A DNA stretch of 64,000 nucleotides, taken from positions 15,607 through 79,606 of IMG/VR virus record IMGVR_UViG_3300032319_000568. One strand, given 5' to 3'. This stretch comes from a virus. Lineage: Duplodnaviria; Caudoviricetes. The translations under genes and the position numbers were made by a program. The notes beneath the pieces were generated by a model. The model was given only the letters and a program-made list of their open reading frames with translations, searched no databases and was not told the origin of the DNA. Of this stretch, positions 55,690 through 64,000 are shown piece after piece. Positions within the stretch are counted from its first letter, which is position 1, and each line of letters begins with the position of its first letter.

Positions 55690-56076
55690 ATGATCCGAAT
55701 CTATTCTAAAGATGCTTTAAGAGTCAATTTAGAAGAGGAAAAATCTTGTAGCAAACTTGTTACAAGCGGTTCAATCTATACACTTTATGTTGAATGCTGT
55801 GACATACGACATAAGATAAAAAATAGAGTGTTTATCGTTAAAGATAACGGTAAATGTGTTGGTTGGTCAATAATTAAAGAACGTAAATCATCCAGAAAGA
55901 CAAATTTTAAGTTTGAATTTATGGTGTATATACGCCGTAAATATAGAAGACAGGGAATTGGTACAAAGTTATATAAAAGAGCCAAGAAATTCTTTAAGCT
56001 TAAAGATAAAGAAATTAAAATTTACATGACCACCAATTATAATTCTAAATTCTTTGACAAAGTTAGGACGGTTTAA
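55690..56076 (+). CDS. GNAT-family acetyltransferase
   Basis: VYIRRKYRRQGIGTKLY. Confidence 0.8.
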   Translation: MIRIYSKDALRVNLEEEKSCSKLVTSGSIYTLYVECCDIRHKIKNRVFIVKDNGKCVGWSIIKERKSSRKTNFKFEFMVYIRRKYRRQGIGTKLYKRAKKFFKLKDKEIKIYMTTNYNSKFFDKVRTV

Positions 56077-56344
56077 CAAAGAATATCTTATGCATACCTG
56101 TCATATAAAAGGTATTCAAATCCATATTTAACGATTTACATTCAAGTTCCCCTGGCCAAAACCCTTTCCAGGCGGCGAATTGCTTATCATGTCCTTCACA
56201 TTCACAGCTTAATTTTTGACCGCCACACACACTACATCTTTCAATGTCACACTTTTTCTTGTGTATTTTACCCGCAACAACTTTACAACTAAAACAATTG
56301 TCTAGTTCTACTGTCTGACATACTAGAGTTTGTTTCTTTTTCAT
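56063..56344 (-). CDS. Cys-rich hypothetical protein
   Basis: CFSC..H...CDIERCSVCGGQKLSC. Confidence 0.65.
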   Translation of the reverse strand: MKKKQTLVCQTVELDNCFSCKVVAGKIHKKKCDIERCSVCGGQKLSCECEGHDKQFAAWKGFWPGELECKSLNMDLNTFYMTGMHKIFFVKPS

Positions 56345-56359
56345 ATTTTTTGGAGGAAG

Positions 56360-56395
56360 GAAACCCCCTATGGCTTTAGCCTAGGGGTTGTTGAT
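56360..56395 (+). mobile_element. solitary IS200/IS605-type right-end-like hairpin
   Basis: GAAACCCC..GGCTTTAGCC.AGGGGTTGTTGA resembles IS605 end hairpins with a CTTTAG loop. Confidence 0.45.
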
Positions 56396-56540
56396 CTGTA
56401 TGACCTACACGGTGGTCAATAGTTCTTGCTAGTGTCAAGAAAAATTTATTAGTCGTCATTTTCTTTAGTAAGAATAAAAAATCCACTGATCATTAGTATT
56501 AATCCAACAATACACAATCCATAATATACTGTATCCACAT

Positions 56541-56729
56541 TCATATAACGAGAAATCGTACAATTTGTAAATCACCGTACTCATTCTTTGTTTCAAGAAT
56601 TACATCAGGATGTGGACGGTCACAACTAAGATATACCTTAGCATTAGGAATATTCAATTCCTTAATCATTTTCTTTTCCACTGCGTTTTTAACCCACTCA
56701 ATAATATCTTTTGTTTGTACATTAGCCAT
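56541..56729 (-). CDS. small hypothetical protein
   Basis: 62-aa ORF in operon. Confidence 0.5.
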   Translation of the reverse strand: MANVQTKDIIEWVKNAVEKKMIKELNIPNAKVYLSCDRPHPDVILETKNEYGDLQIVRFLVI

Positions 56730-56733
56730 AATT

Positions 56734-56934
56734 TTAATTTCCCATCCAATTACTTACATTCTCAGGTCCATTTTGTGTATGAATACCCAAATACTTTACC
56801 TTTGTTAAATTCATAGGCATCTTGATTCGTTTCCAATCCCATAATGATGGCAAATCACTGTCATCATCCGATTCCCATTCAATGTCCAATATAATTCTAG
56901 CAGTTTTTAATTTTGTTTCATGCATGATATTCAA
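56734..56934 (-). CDS. small hypothetical protein
   Basis: 66-aa ORF. Confidence 0.4.
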   Translation of the reverse strand: MNIMHETKLKTARIILDIEWESDDDSDLPSLWDWKRIKMPMNLTKVKYLGIHTQNGPENVSNWMGN

Positions 56935-57164
56935 TTTCCTTTATTTTTGTACTCTTGGATATCGTATAGAAAATCACGAAATGTTACATAATCATCAATA
57001 TCTACTTGTGGCACACCATCAACATCAAAATCTTTGATATAATCTAAGATGGTATTAACATAATAGCCTGGAATGGTAATTGTTTTACCATCAAACTTAA
57101 GGTCATCGTGTTGAATAATGGCGGGGGGGATCGCTTTATCTTTAATTGTTAGTTCTACTTCCAT
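56931..57164 (-). CDS. small hypothetical protein
   Basis: 77-aa ORF. Confidence 0.55.
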   Translation of the reverse strand: MEVELTIKDKAIPPAIIQHDDLKFDGKTITIPGYYVNTILDYIKDFDVDGVPQVDIDDYVTFRDFLYDIQEYKNKGN

Positions 57165-57268
57165 ATAATAAGAGTCTACACCGAATCGTGGATTTTGTCA
57201 ATATAAAAAATAATTATAAATTTTCGAAAATAGTTATTGTTAACGGAAACGGTCGAGCTCGACATTTT

Positions 57269-58135
57269 ATGATATTATTATTTGGATCCAATGGTTATAT
57301 AGGTAGCGAGTTTAAAAAACAACTAACTGACTTGAAATTGTCAACATTTTGTTGGGAAAATACACACAAAACCACATTTGGAGATTTGGAGACTTGGTTT
57401 AAAAAAATGAATTGTCCTAAAATTGAGTGTGTGATCAATGCAGCTGGATACACTGGTAAACCAAACGTAGACGCTTGTGAAAAAAATAAAGAAGACACAG
57501 TACATGGAAACATTATTTGGCCACAGATATTAACCAACTGGTGTGAATTGCATGATATTCCACTGGGTCATGTATCTAGTGGATGTATTTATCAAGGTAG
57601 ACGTAGTGATGAAAAACCGTTTACTGAAGAAGATTCACCTAATTTTACATGGGACAGAAATGATGGTAGTTTTTATAGTGGTACAAAAGCAATTGGTGAA
57701 ACTGTTGTTAACAAGTGGGAAAAAAACTATATTTGGAGACTACGTATACCATTTGAAGAATATAATAATGCTCGTAATTATATAAGCAAGATGCTTAGAT
57801 ATGATAAGTTGTTACAGGCAGAAAATTCAATTAGTAATAAACAAGAGTTTGTAAATGTGTGTATACAAATGATACTTAAGAAGGTACCATATGGTATTTA
57901 TAATGTAACTAATACTGGTTATATCACAACGTATATGTTGGTGGAAAAACTTAAAAATACTATTGCTAAAGATAAACAATTTACTTTAATTACCGAAAAA
58001 GAATTGTATAATGGATTAGCAACAGCTAGAAGATCCAATTGTGTAATGGATAATAGTAAGTTACTATCTACAGGCATAAAAATCAGATCTGTAGATGAAG
58101 CTATTGATTATTGTTTAAATAATTGGACCTATTAA
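57269..58135 (+). CDS. NDP-4-keto-6-deoxyglucose 3,5-epimerase/4-reductase (NRS/ER, RmlD-like)
   Basis: GSNGYIG, NAAGYTGKPNVDACE, HVSSGCIY, SFYSGTK, RLRIPF; start MILLFG at 57269. Confidence 0.85.
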   Translation: MILLFGSNGYIGSEFKKQLTDLKLSTFCWENTHKTTFGDLETWFKKMNCPKIECVINAAGYTGKPNVDACEKNKEDTVHGNIIWPQILTNWCELHDIPLGHVSSGCIYQGRRSDEKPFTEEDSPNFTWDRNDGSFYSGTKAIGETVVNKWEKNYIWRLRIPFEEYNNARNYISKMLRYDKLLQAENSISNKQEFVNVCIQMILKKVPYGIYNVTNTGYITTYMLVEKLKNTIAKDKQFTLITEKELYNGLATARRSNCVMDNSKLLSTGIKIRSVDEAIDYCLNNWTY

Positions 58136-58165
58136 AAAAATTAGATGTGGATGGGTATTAATTGA

Positions 58166-59011
58166 TCATTCATAATCACGAATAGCAATAGTATAAGGAA
58201 AACGAGGAATTTCATCGCCAGGTGTAAGATTAAAATACTTCACCGTAGCACTCTTTCCAATAAGCTTATTCTTGTTCTTCAATAGTTCTTTCAAATAGTC
58301 ACGGGTACCTTTGATATTACTATGGAACTCAATATCCTTGTGATTCTTGAATACCATATGTCCAGCCATACCACTCTTGTTACCTAACCCTTCAACAATA
58401 TCAAGAATCTTGAATTCACTATCTTGAAACTCCTTACGCTTGAGCAGGCATTTACTACGTTTGTTTTCGTAGGGTCCATCCGTGCGAACCATCTGACCTT
58501 CGTAACCTTCGGCAACATACTTTTCATACAACTCATTTAAATGTGTAATCGTGTCCACAAGGTGAGTCGGAACACGACGAACCACATTGTTGTTAGTAAG
58601 ATAAGTAGTAATGTCACTATTGCGGTCACTAAAAGTCTTCTGTACAATCCAGTCATATACCCAATATTGAATATTCTTTGCACTCTCAACCAAATCTTCT
58701 GGTGTAGGCTTAGTCTTCTTTACCAGACTACAAATAGCATTAAAATCATTGGCAAACTTATCAGCGTATAACTCACCATCAAGAATCGCATCGGGAAACT
58801 TAACAAAGAAAGGTTTCAACGCAACTAGTACGTGAGGAGCTGAATGAAATTGTTTGCCATTACGACTAAAAATTCCTTTTTTTGATACAATCGCTCTACA
58901 ATTGTGTACTAATACCCCATTAGCAAAAAAGTTGTGGTTGTCTTGAATTTCCAAATCATATTTGTCAAAACTTTCGATTTTTCTGATTGATTTAATTTTT
59001 ACAGTTTTCAT
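58166..59011 (-). CDS. lig: ATP-dependent DNA ligase, C-terminal half, preceded by 37-aa C-intein
   Basis: IntC MKTVKIKSI..YDLEIQDNHNFFANGVLVHN|C; then RAI..SRNGK, LDGELY, YWVYD, EGQMVR, LLKRK, OB-fold. Confidence 0.93.
   Translation of the reverse strand: MKTVKIKSIRKIESFDKYDLEIQDNHNFFANGVLVHNCRAIVSKKGIFSRNGKQFHSAPHVLVALKPFFVKFPDAILDGELYADKFANDFNAICSLVKKTKPTPEDLVESAKNIQYWVYDWIVQKTFSDRNSDITTYLTNNNVVRRVPTHLVDTITHLNELYEKYVAEGYEGQMVRTDGPYENKRSKCLLKRKEFQDSEFKILDIVEGLGNKSGMAGHMVFKNHKDIEFHSNIKGTRDYLKELLKNKNKLIGKSATVKYFNLTPGDEIPRFPYTIAIRDYE
58901..59011 (-). mobile_element. C-terminal half of naturally split intein (IntC, 37 aa)
   Basis: blocks F/G ending VHN with Cys+1. Confidence 0.92.
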
Positions 59012-59885
59012 CTATTACTCTCTTTATTTTATCAAAGTTTTTTAAAATGTCAAGCTGCCATAATACTATTACTTTATAACCAAAATCTTTGATTTGTTTG
59101 GTTCTAAATTTGTCAAATTCCCAGATTTCTTCAGCCGTTTTAGTACCACCCCATTTATAAATTGAATCAGTTGATTTATATATTCTTGGATTTGCATGCC
59201 ACCTATCTCCGTTTATTTCTATAACTATTTTTTTTGATTCTATTAATATATCAACTTGTGGAGCATATATTCTATTTAAATAATCATTATATTTTGTAAA
59301 TTTATTTTTTACTTCACTTACATAATCTATGTTAGATTCTTCTAAATATTTTTCAATTTTTATATGAATACCACTTCTTCGTCCATAATTTCTTTCATAC
59401 CACGGTAAATTTACAGTACTATACACCCCATATTTTTTATACAATGTTTTTTTACTTTTAATTTTAACATTTTCACATTGAAAAACATTTGATACGCCGT
59501 ATTTTCTTTTTACAGTTTTATTTTTCTTTTTATAACATTTTGTATTTTTTGATAAAGCATTTTCAGTGCCATATTTTTCAATACAAGTATTTTTATATGA
59601 ATTTCTTACATTCGGGTTATTTGCTTGTTCTTTCATTGAATTTGTTTTAATGTCAAATTCATTACAAAATGCAATTACAGTATCAGCGTCTGTAATATAC
59701 CCCTTTGGTTTTAAAATTTTTAAACAAATATAATTTGCACTATATTTTCTATCAATTATTAATTCTCGTAATAACTCTTTTGTAAGAAAAGAACGAATAT
59801 ATGCCCTTCTTTTATGATTTTGAGAAGGTAAATTTAAAATTTTAATGTCTAATGTTTGATTATTAAATGTTTCTAATTCATTCAT
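58992..59885 (-). CDS. free-standing Vsr/DUF559-like putative homing endonuclease between the split-intein halves
   Basis: KYGV.NV repeats; QVDILI..IVIEINGDRWHANP, GYKVIVLWQ. Confidence 0.85.
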   Translation of the reverse strand: MNELETFNNQTLDIKILNLPSQNHKRRAYIRSFLTKELLRELIIDRKYSANYICLKILKPKGYITDADTVIAFCNEFDIKTNSMKEQANNPNVRNSYKNTCIEKYGTENALSKNTKCYKKKNKTVKRKYGVSNVFQCENVKIKSKKTLYKKYGVYSTVNLPWYERNYGRRSGIHIKIEKYLEESNIDYVSEVKNKFTKYNDYLNRIYAPQVDILIESKKIVIEINGDRWHANPRIYKSTDSIYKWGGTKTAEEIWEFDKFRTKQIKDFGYKVIVLWQLDILKNFDKIKRVIDENCKN

Positions 59886-59937
59886 ATACTAATAAATAGT
59901 ATAACTCAACATAAATTAGATGGATATTTTTAAATTA

Positions 59938-60612
59938 TTATTCTAACATCAAAACATCATTTTCCGTTAATTCATCCACTCTACGCCAACATTTAAGTCT
60001 AGGTAGGTAAATTCTATGATTTCCGGTTACTTTAAGAGATTTACCATTATTTAAATCAATTTGATACCACTGTGTTTTTTCTGTTTCATTAATGTCTAAA
60101 CCATTTTTGAATCTGTTAATAATAGGTTTAAATTCAATTTTTTTAGTTAATTCATTATAAGTTTTAACCACACAATCAATATTGTCATTTACAATATCTC
60201 CAATAGTAATTGTACCAATATTTGTTGAAACCAGTGTATCATCACTTAAACAACCGTCCAACTTCGGTTGTGAATATACAGGATACTTCAAATCGTCTTT
60301 ATAATCATCATAGTTCTTTGCCAACATTGGTTCAGTAAAGCTAACTCCATCAATGTCATTAATTTTTTCAAAGTAACCACTTTCTTTCTTCTTCTTCCAA
60401 ATGGCGTTGGCTTCTTTTACAGCTTGATCTTCCGCTGAAGTAGCATTCTTCTTGCCGGTATTTTTACCGTCACAAACTGTCCATTCAGTGATTTGAGTTT
60501 TATCACTGTCAAGTTGTCCATAGTGAGTACGGAACTTGTTACCGTCCACTTCGATGGTCCAAGTCTGAATAGCACCCGTATTGGTACGGGCGAATAACAT
60601 AGGTAGTTTCAT
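59938..60612 (-). CDS. lig: ATP-dependent DNA ligase, N-terminal half, followed by 104-aa N-intein
   Basis: EPMLA, YSQPKLDG (motif I) then CLSDDTLV..KVTGNHRIY..W..V.EL...D stop. Confidence 0.93.
   Translation of the reverse strand: MKLPMLFARTNTGAIQTWTIEVDGNKFRTHYGQLDSDKTQITEWTVCDGKNTGKKNATSAEDQAVKEANAIWKKKKESGYFEKINDIDGVSFTEPMLAKNYDDYKDDLKYPVYSQPKLDGCLSDDTLVSTNIGTITIGDIVNDNIDCVVKTYNELTKKIEFKPIINRFKNGLDINETEKTQWYQIDLNNGKSLKVTGNHRIYLPRLKCWRRVDELTENDVLMLE
59941..60252 (-). mobile_element. N-terminal half of naturally split intein (IntN, 104 aa)
   Basis: block A Cys1, block B TGNH, terminates at stop codon without a C-terminal block. Confidence 0.92.
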
Positions 60613-60625
60613 ATCTTATATAAAC

Positions 60626-60654
60626 AGTATACCGTATCCACATCCAAAAGTCAA
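60626..60654 (-). promoter_or_regulatory. sigma70-type promoter for ligase operon
   Basis: TTGACT-17nt-TATACT. Confidence 0.75.
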
Positions 60655-61187
60655 GGAATGATCAAGAATTTTCGTTCGTATTCTGTAAACCAGTCTGGAA
60701 TCCTGTGCTTGAGTGGAAATACTTGGGAAGAACTCAATACCCTCTTTTTAGAATCTACTTGCCACCAAGGTCCAAATTTATCGTACTTGTCAATTGTAAG
60801 TTCATTGATTAGAATTTTTTTATTCTTGTTAACAAACTTAACCAAATTGTTTTGGTTTTTACTTACTTTTACAACGTCACGGGACAATAAAAATGCTTCG
60901 AGAAATATATCTTTGTCAAACAAAACGGACTTGTTCGTTTCAATAATAGCTGAAATCACCATACGGGGACTCAAATAATGATCCTCTGTAGCAGGTGCCT
61001 TGTTAAATACATCATTTGACATATATCCGTTGACCTTGGTGCCACTATAATATACCCATTGATAAAATTCATCACGTACAAGCTTCTTACATTCATCTGC
61101 CTTAAAATAATCATCAAACAAATTATTGATAATAATCTGTCGGCACTTTTCTGCCTTATAAGCAATACTATTGTATACAATATTCAT
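60651..61187 (-). CDS. hypothetical protein
   Basis: 178 aa; TEDHYLSPR motif. Confidence 0.6.
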   Translation of the reverse strand: MNIVYNSIAYKAEKCRQIIINNLFDDYFKADECKKLVRDEFYQWVYYSGTKVNGYMSNDVFNKAPATEDHYLSPRMVISAIIETNKSVLFDKDIFLEAFLLSRDVVKVSKNQNNLVKFVNKNKKILINELTIDKYDKFGPWWQVDSKKRVLSSSQVFPLKHRIPDWFTEYERKFLIIP

Positions 61188-61200
61188 AAAAATTATATAA

Positions 61201-61232
61201 AAAAACGGGGGGATTTGACTCCCCCCGTTTTT
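61201..61232. terminator. intrinsic (bidirectional-type) terminator
   Basis: AAAAACGGGGGGA-TTTGAC-TCCCCCCGTTTTT. Confidence 0.85.
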
Positions 61233-61246
61233 GTACTATTAACCTA

Positions 61247-62437
61247 TTACTGAACAACCTCTTGTGGATCACGATCACCACTCATGATCTTTTTGATTCG
61301 TTCTTTAAGAGCCTTACGATCATTTCCATCAGCTGTGAGCATTGCTTCCATAAGCTTTTCTACAACTTCATCGGTATTTGAGTACTTCTTCTCAAGTCGT
61401 GAGATAAAATCATCAACACCTTTGTTGGGACTCTGCATCTCAACACCAAACTGTGGTAAAGGTTCCAATGTAACTGACTTATTCAAATCAAACCCTTTGT
61501 TTTGAAGTTCAACGATTTTAGTCCAACGATCTAGAAAATTAGGTACAATGTAACCAGGTTTAAATTCCCGAATATACTTAATATAATCCACATTAGCACC
61601 ATTTACAGAATATACAACGACAATTGGACGTGTTGGATCTTCCAGAAAGGCATCTGTTACCCGTACAATAGCACGATGATCATAATCACCGTCCTCATCT
61701 TCCTTAAAGGTAGCTGAAACAAACTTCTTATCAGTAAACTTGTTTTGCAACACTTCAATAACTTCCTTCTTTTCATTACCATCCCATGTACGAACATAAT
61801 CGTATGTGTTATCATTACCGGTCTTCTTCAACACATCATTGACGATTGTATTAATAGTCTTTTCAGCTTTCTTGGTAACCATATTAGCATCAATGATATA
61901 GTCCTGAATAGACTTGCGATCACTCGAAATAATTCCACGACTGACAAGATCACTAACAATCGTAATGTTGTCCTCTTTGGAAGTAACGTTCTTAACGTAT
62001 CCATCGAATCCACTAGTGTTTTCCAACTGACGCCAGAGACTACGATCTCGTTCAGACTTAAATTTCAACACGGCACATTCCATAGTAGGGAGTTCCAGAG
62101 CATTGTGGGCCTTAAATCGATGATGGCCTGAAATAATTGTATAACAACCCTTATTCACTGCAGAGTGTTCTACAATAGGGGGAATATAACGATATGGATC
62201 ATATTCACCGTTTTCAATAAGTTCTACAATCTTGGTAATAACATCTACGTGTTCGCCATTAGGCCGAACCTTGTTGCCGTTATCCATTAATGATGTCATC
62301 GGAATCTCCACTAGGAGATTCTCAATTGTAGCACTAATGTTTGATTGTTTAAACTTATTTAACATTCGATTGGTCAACGTGTTTGCACGGTTGTCCTTGT
62401 TGCTGATGTTACAAACTGCACTATTTGTCTTGTTCAT
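61247..62437 (-). CDS. ParB/Srx-like N-terminal domain protein
   Basis: IPPIV..YTIISGHHRFKA..L. Confidence 0.7.
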   Translation of the reverse strand: MNKTNSAVCNISNKDNRANTLTNRMLNKFKQSNISATIENLLVEIPMTSLMDNGNKVRPNGEHVDVITKIVELIENGEYDPYRYIPPIVEHSAVNKGCYTIISGHHRFKAHNALELPTMECAVLKFKSERDRSLWRQLENTSGFDGYVKNVTSKEDNITIVSDLVSRGIISSDRKSIQDYIIDANMVTKKAEKTINTIVNDVLKKTGNDNTYDYVRTWDGNEKKEVIEVLQNKFTDKKFVSATFKEDEDGDYDHRAIVRVTDAFLEDPTRPIVVVYSVNGANVDYIKYIREFKPGYIVPNFLDRWTKIVELQNKGFDLNKSVTLEPLPQFGVEMQSPNKGVDDFISRLEKKYSNTDEVVEKLMEAMLTADGNDRKALKERIKKIMSGDRDPQEVVQ

Positions 62438-62576
62438 ACTATTACTTTATTTTTTATACTATGAGCTTATCGCTCTTATACAGAATGCTTTCGCTTTCTG
62501 TAAGAGGTTACTGCTTCCGCTATAACCTTTTTTTGTTTGTTTATCGAACATGAAACAATATCATGTCGATGTTTTT

Positions 62577-62605
62577 ATCTTACCCCGACATTCGATCAAA
62601 GTCAA
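62577..62605 (-). promoter_or_regulatory. sigma70-type promoter (GGTAAGATA class)
   Basis: TTGACT-17nt-TAAGAT. Confidence 0.75.
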
Positions 62606-62630
62606 AGATTTTTTTCGGAAAACTTTTTTT

Positions 62631-62732
62631 TCAATTCTGCTTGACAATTTCACCCTTAGCATCGCTGTACCAAACTTCACCCACATTAAACTGTTTGATC
62701 ACACTCTGACAGCCACAACACGGTTTGCTGTT
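62631..62732 (-). pseudogene. orphan duplicate 3' end of the deaminase-like gene
   Basis: encodes NSKPCCGCQSVIKQFNVGEVWYSDAKGEIVKQN*, first 23 aa identical to 63776-63844; no start. Confidence 0.85.
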
Positions 62733-62795
62733 GTTCAAAAATTTTAAATTGTTAATTTTATGACGTTTTATTCTATGACAACATATTTATATCAT

Positions 62796-63740
62796 ATGAA
62801 TAATGAATTGTCAATTACAAATAAAGAAAATATTTTATGGGAAGAAAAAAACTTAATAGAACAAAAGAACAATTGCTTGAACAACAACGAAATCGGGCAA
62901 AAAGATATTATCAACGACATAAACAAAGACTTAATGAAAAGTCAATGCAGAAATATTGGGAAAATAAGCGGAATTTACAAAATAATAAATAAAGTTGATG
63001 GGAAATATTATGTTGGTAGTAGTTGTGGTATTATCAATAGATGGTATATTCACAAATATCAATTAAATAAAAATATACATACTAATGATCGTCTTCAAAA
63101 TACTTGGAATAAGTATGGCGAAAATAATTTTGAATTTCTAATTATAGAAAAATGTAAACCTGAACAATTGTTAGTTATAGAACAAAAGTATTTGACTATC
63201 GCTAAAAAAGAGAAAATATTTTCTTATAATTTAAGTTTTATCGCCGATAAGATTGAAATGACAGAAGAAATTAGAGTAAAAATTAGTATAAAAACTAAGG
63301 AAAGATTAAAAGATAAAACAAAACATCCAAAGTATGATAAAAAAATATATAAATTATACAATAGAATCACAAACGAGGTATTTTTAGGCACTAGACAAGA
63401 TTTTATTTTAAAATACAATGACAAAAATGGTAGTATTAATCATTTAATTTCTGGAAAATTTCATTCTTCCAAAGGATGGACATTTAATCCAAATTATGAT
63501 CTTAAAGGTAATAGAGGTAAAAACTGGACGCAAGAAAGAATAAAGTCTGTTAGTGAAAAATTTACCGGTAAAAATAACCCATCATATGATACAACCATGC
63601 ACAATTTTATCCACAAAGATGGAACAAAAGAAACATGTACTAAATATGAATTATATCGTAAATATAATTTAGATAAAAGTGCTCTTGCCAGAGTTATAAA
63701 CGGAAAACAAAAACATACTGTGGGGTGGAAATTAGAATAA
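62796..63740 (+). CDS. free-standing GIY-YIG homing endonuclease with NUMOD-like repeats
   Basis: SGIYKIIN..GKYYVGSS..RW..H, FEFLIIE, EQKYL; KNNP.YD, GW repeats; start 62796 after ATATTTATA. Confidence 0.9.
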   Translation: MNNELSITNKENILWEEKNLIEQKNNCLNNNEIGQKDIINDINKDLMKSQCRNIGKISGIYKIINKVDGKYYVGSSCGIINRWYIHKYQLNKNIHTNDRLQNTWNKYGENNFEFLIIEKCKPEQLLVIEQKYLTIAKKEKIFSYNLSFIADKIEMTEEIRVKISIKTKERLKDKTKHPKYDKKIYKLYNRITNEVFLGTRQDFILKYNDKNGSINHLISGKFHSSKGWTFNPNYDLKGNRGKNWTQERIKSVSEKFTGKNNPSYDTTMHNFIHKDGTKETCTKYELYRKYNLDKSALARVINGKQKHTVGWKLE

Positions 63741-63745
63741 TGTTA

Positions 63746-64000
63746 TTAAAGTTTAATCACTTGACCAATATCCGTGCTATACCAAACTTCACCCACATTA
63801 AATTGTTTGATTACACTTTGACATCCACAACATGGCTTGCTATTTGCCATCTTATTATTTCTATTAAATCTAATCACAACCATTTTAAAATCCCTGAGAT
63901 CCTCGCGGCCACTCTTCATGCACACATTCAACTCAGCATGCAGTCCAACCATCTGATGATTTTTATAATCGTACTCAAGTGTCTTGGGATGACTTTTACA
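63746..64000 (-). CDS. cytidine/dCMP deaminase-like zinc protein (5' end outside window)
   Basis: open to window edge: KSHP..LHAE..SKPCCGC. Confidence 0.8.
   Translation of the reverse strand, partial: CKSHPKTLEYDYKNHQMVGLHAELNVCMKSGREDLRDFKMVVIRFNRNNKMANSKPCCGCQSVIKQFNVGEVWYSTDIGQVIKL

Noticed and set aside
32564-62605. Assigning a specific host phylum
   Set aside because: Signals conflict (proteobacterial/firmicute-like TTGACA promoters, absence of Shine-Dalgarno sites, cyanobacterial-like intron); needs phylogeny or spacer matches
1088-63424. Numerous short antisense or nested ORFs in the track (for example 1088..1333, 18179..18553, 58541..58771, 61745..62131, 63224..63424)
   Set aside because: Fully overlapped by confidently assigned genes on another frame or strand; no motifs or upstream signals
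1-64000. Genome-wide stop-codon reassignment (TAG or TGA read as sense)
   Set aside because: The standard code yields intact full-length conserved genes; TAG ends clpP at its normal C-terminus and TGA ends several genes; only one internal TAG was seen

Overview
AT-rich, gene-dense segment of a large (jumbo/huge) tailed dsDNA phage genome, standard genetic code, with no rRNA and no CRISPR array; host not determinable from this window. From left to right: (1) a glycan-modification island (radical SAM enzyme, SAM/FkbM methyltransferases, GT2/GT4/GT6/GT8-like glycosyltransferases, one broken by an in-frame TAG); (2) modular acidic/basic proteins, one carrying an intein and one ending in a phage lysozyme; (3) iscU, gmd, an intein-containing SF2 helicase, HNH/GIY-YIG nucleases, clpP, a ferritin-like protein and a nucleotide-sugar operon (rmlA, rfbH, epimerase, two rmlB); (4) small genes with sigma70-type promoters and a TrmH/SpoU methylase, then a stable-RNA array (37.2-40.6 kb) of 12 tRNA genes, most of them atypical (D-arm-less Arg, long-arm Ile-UAU, Gly-ACC, group I intron in Leu-UAA, a 36-nt non-group-I anticodon insert), several unassigned structured RNAs, repeated boxA-like elements and two flanking HNH genes; (5) Gly-rich putative virion genes, including a 1027-aa Gly-Ser/Thr-Ser collagen-like fibre; (6) two 2OG-Fe(II) oxygenases, an internally deleted tnpB, a plant/giant-virus-type rhamnose epimerase-reductase, a DNA ligase fractured by a naturally split intein with a free-standing endonuclease between the halves, and a GIY-YIG gene flanked by a synonymously recoded duplicate of a deaminase 3' end. 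All calls come from manual motif reading and hand folding; no database search was run.
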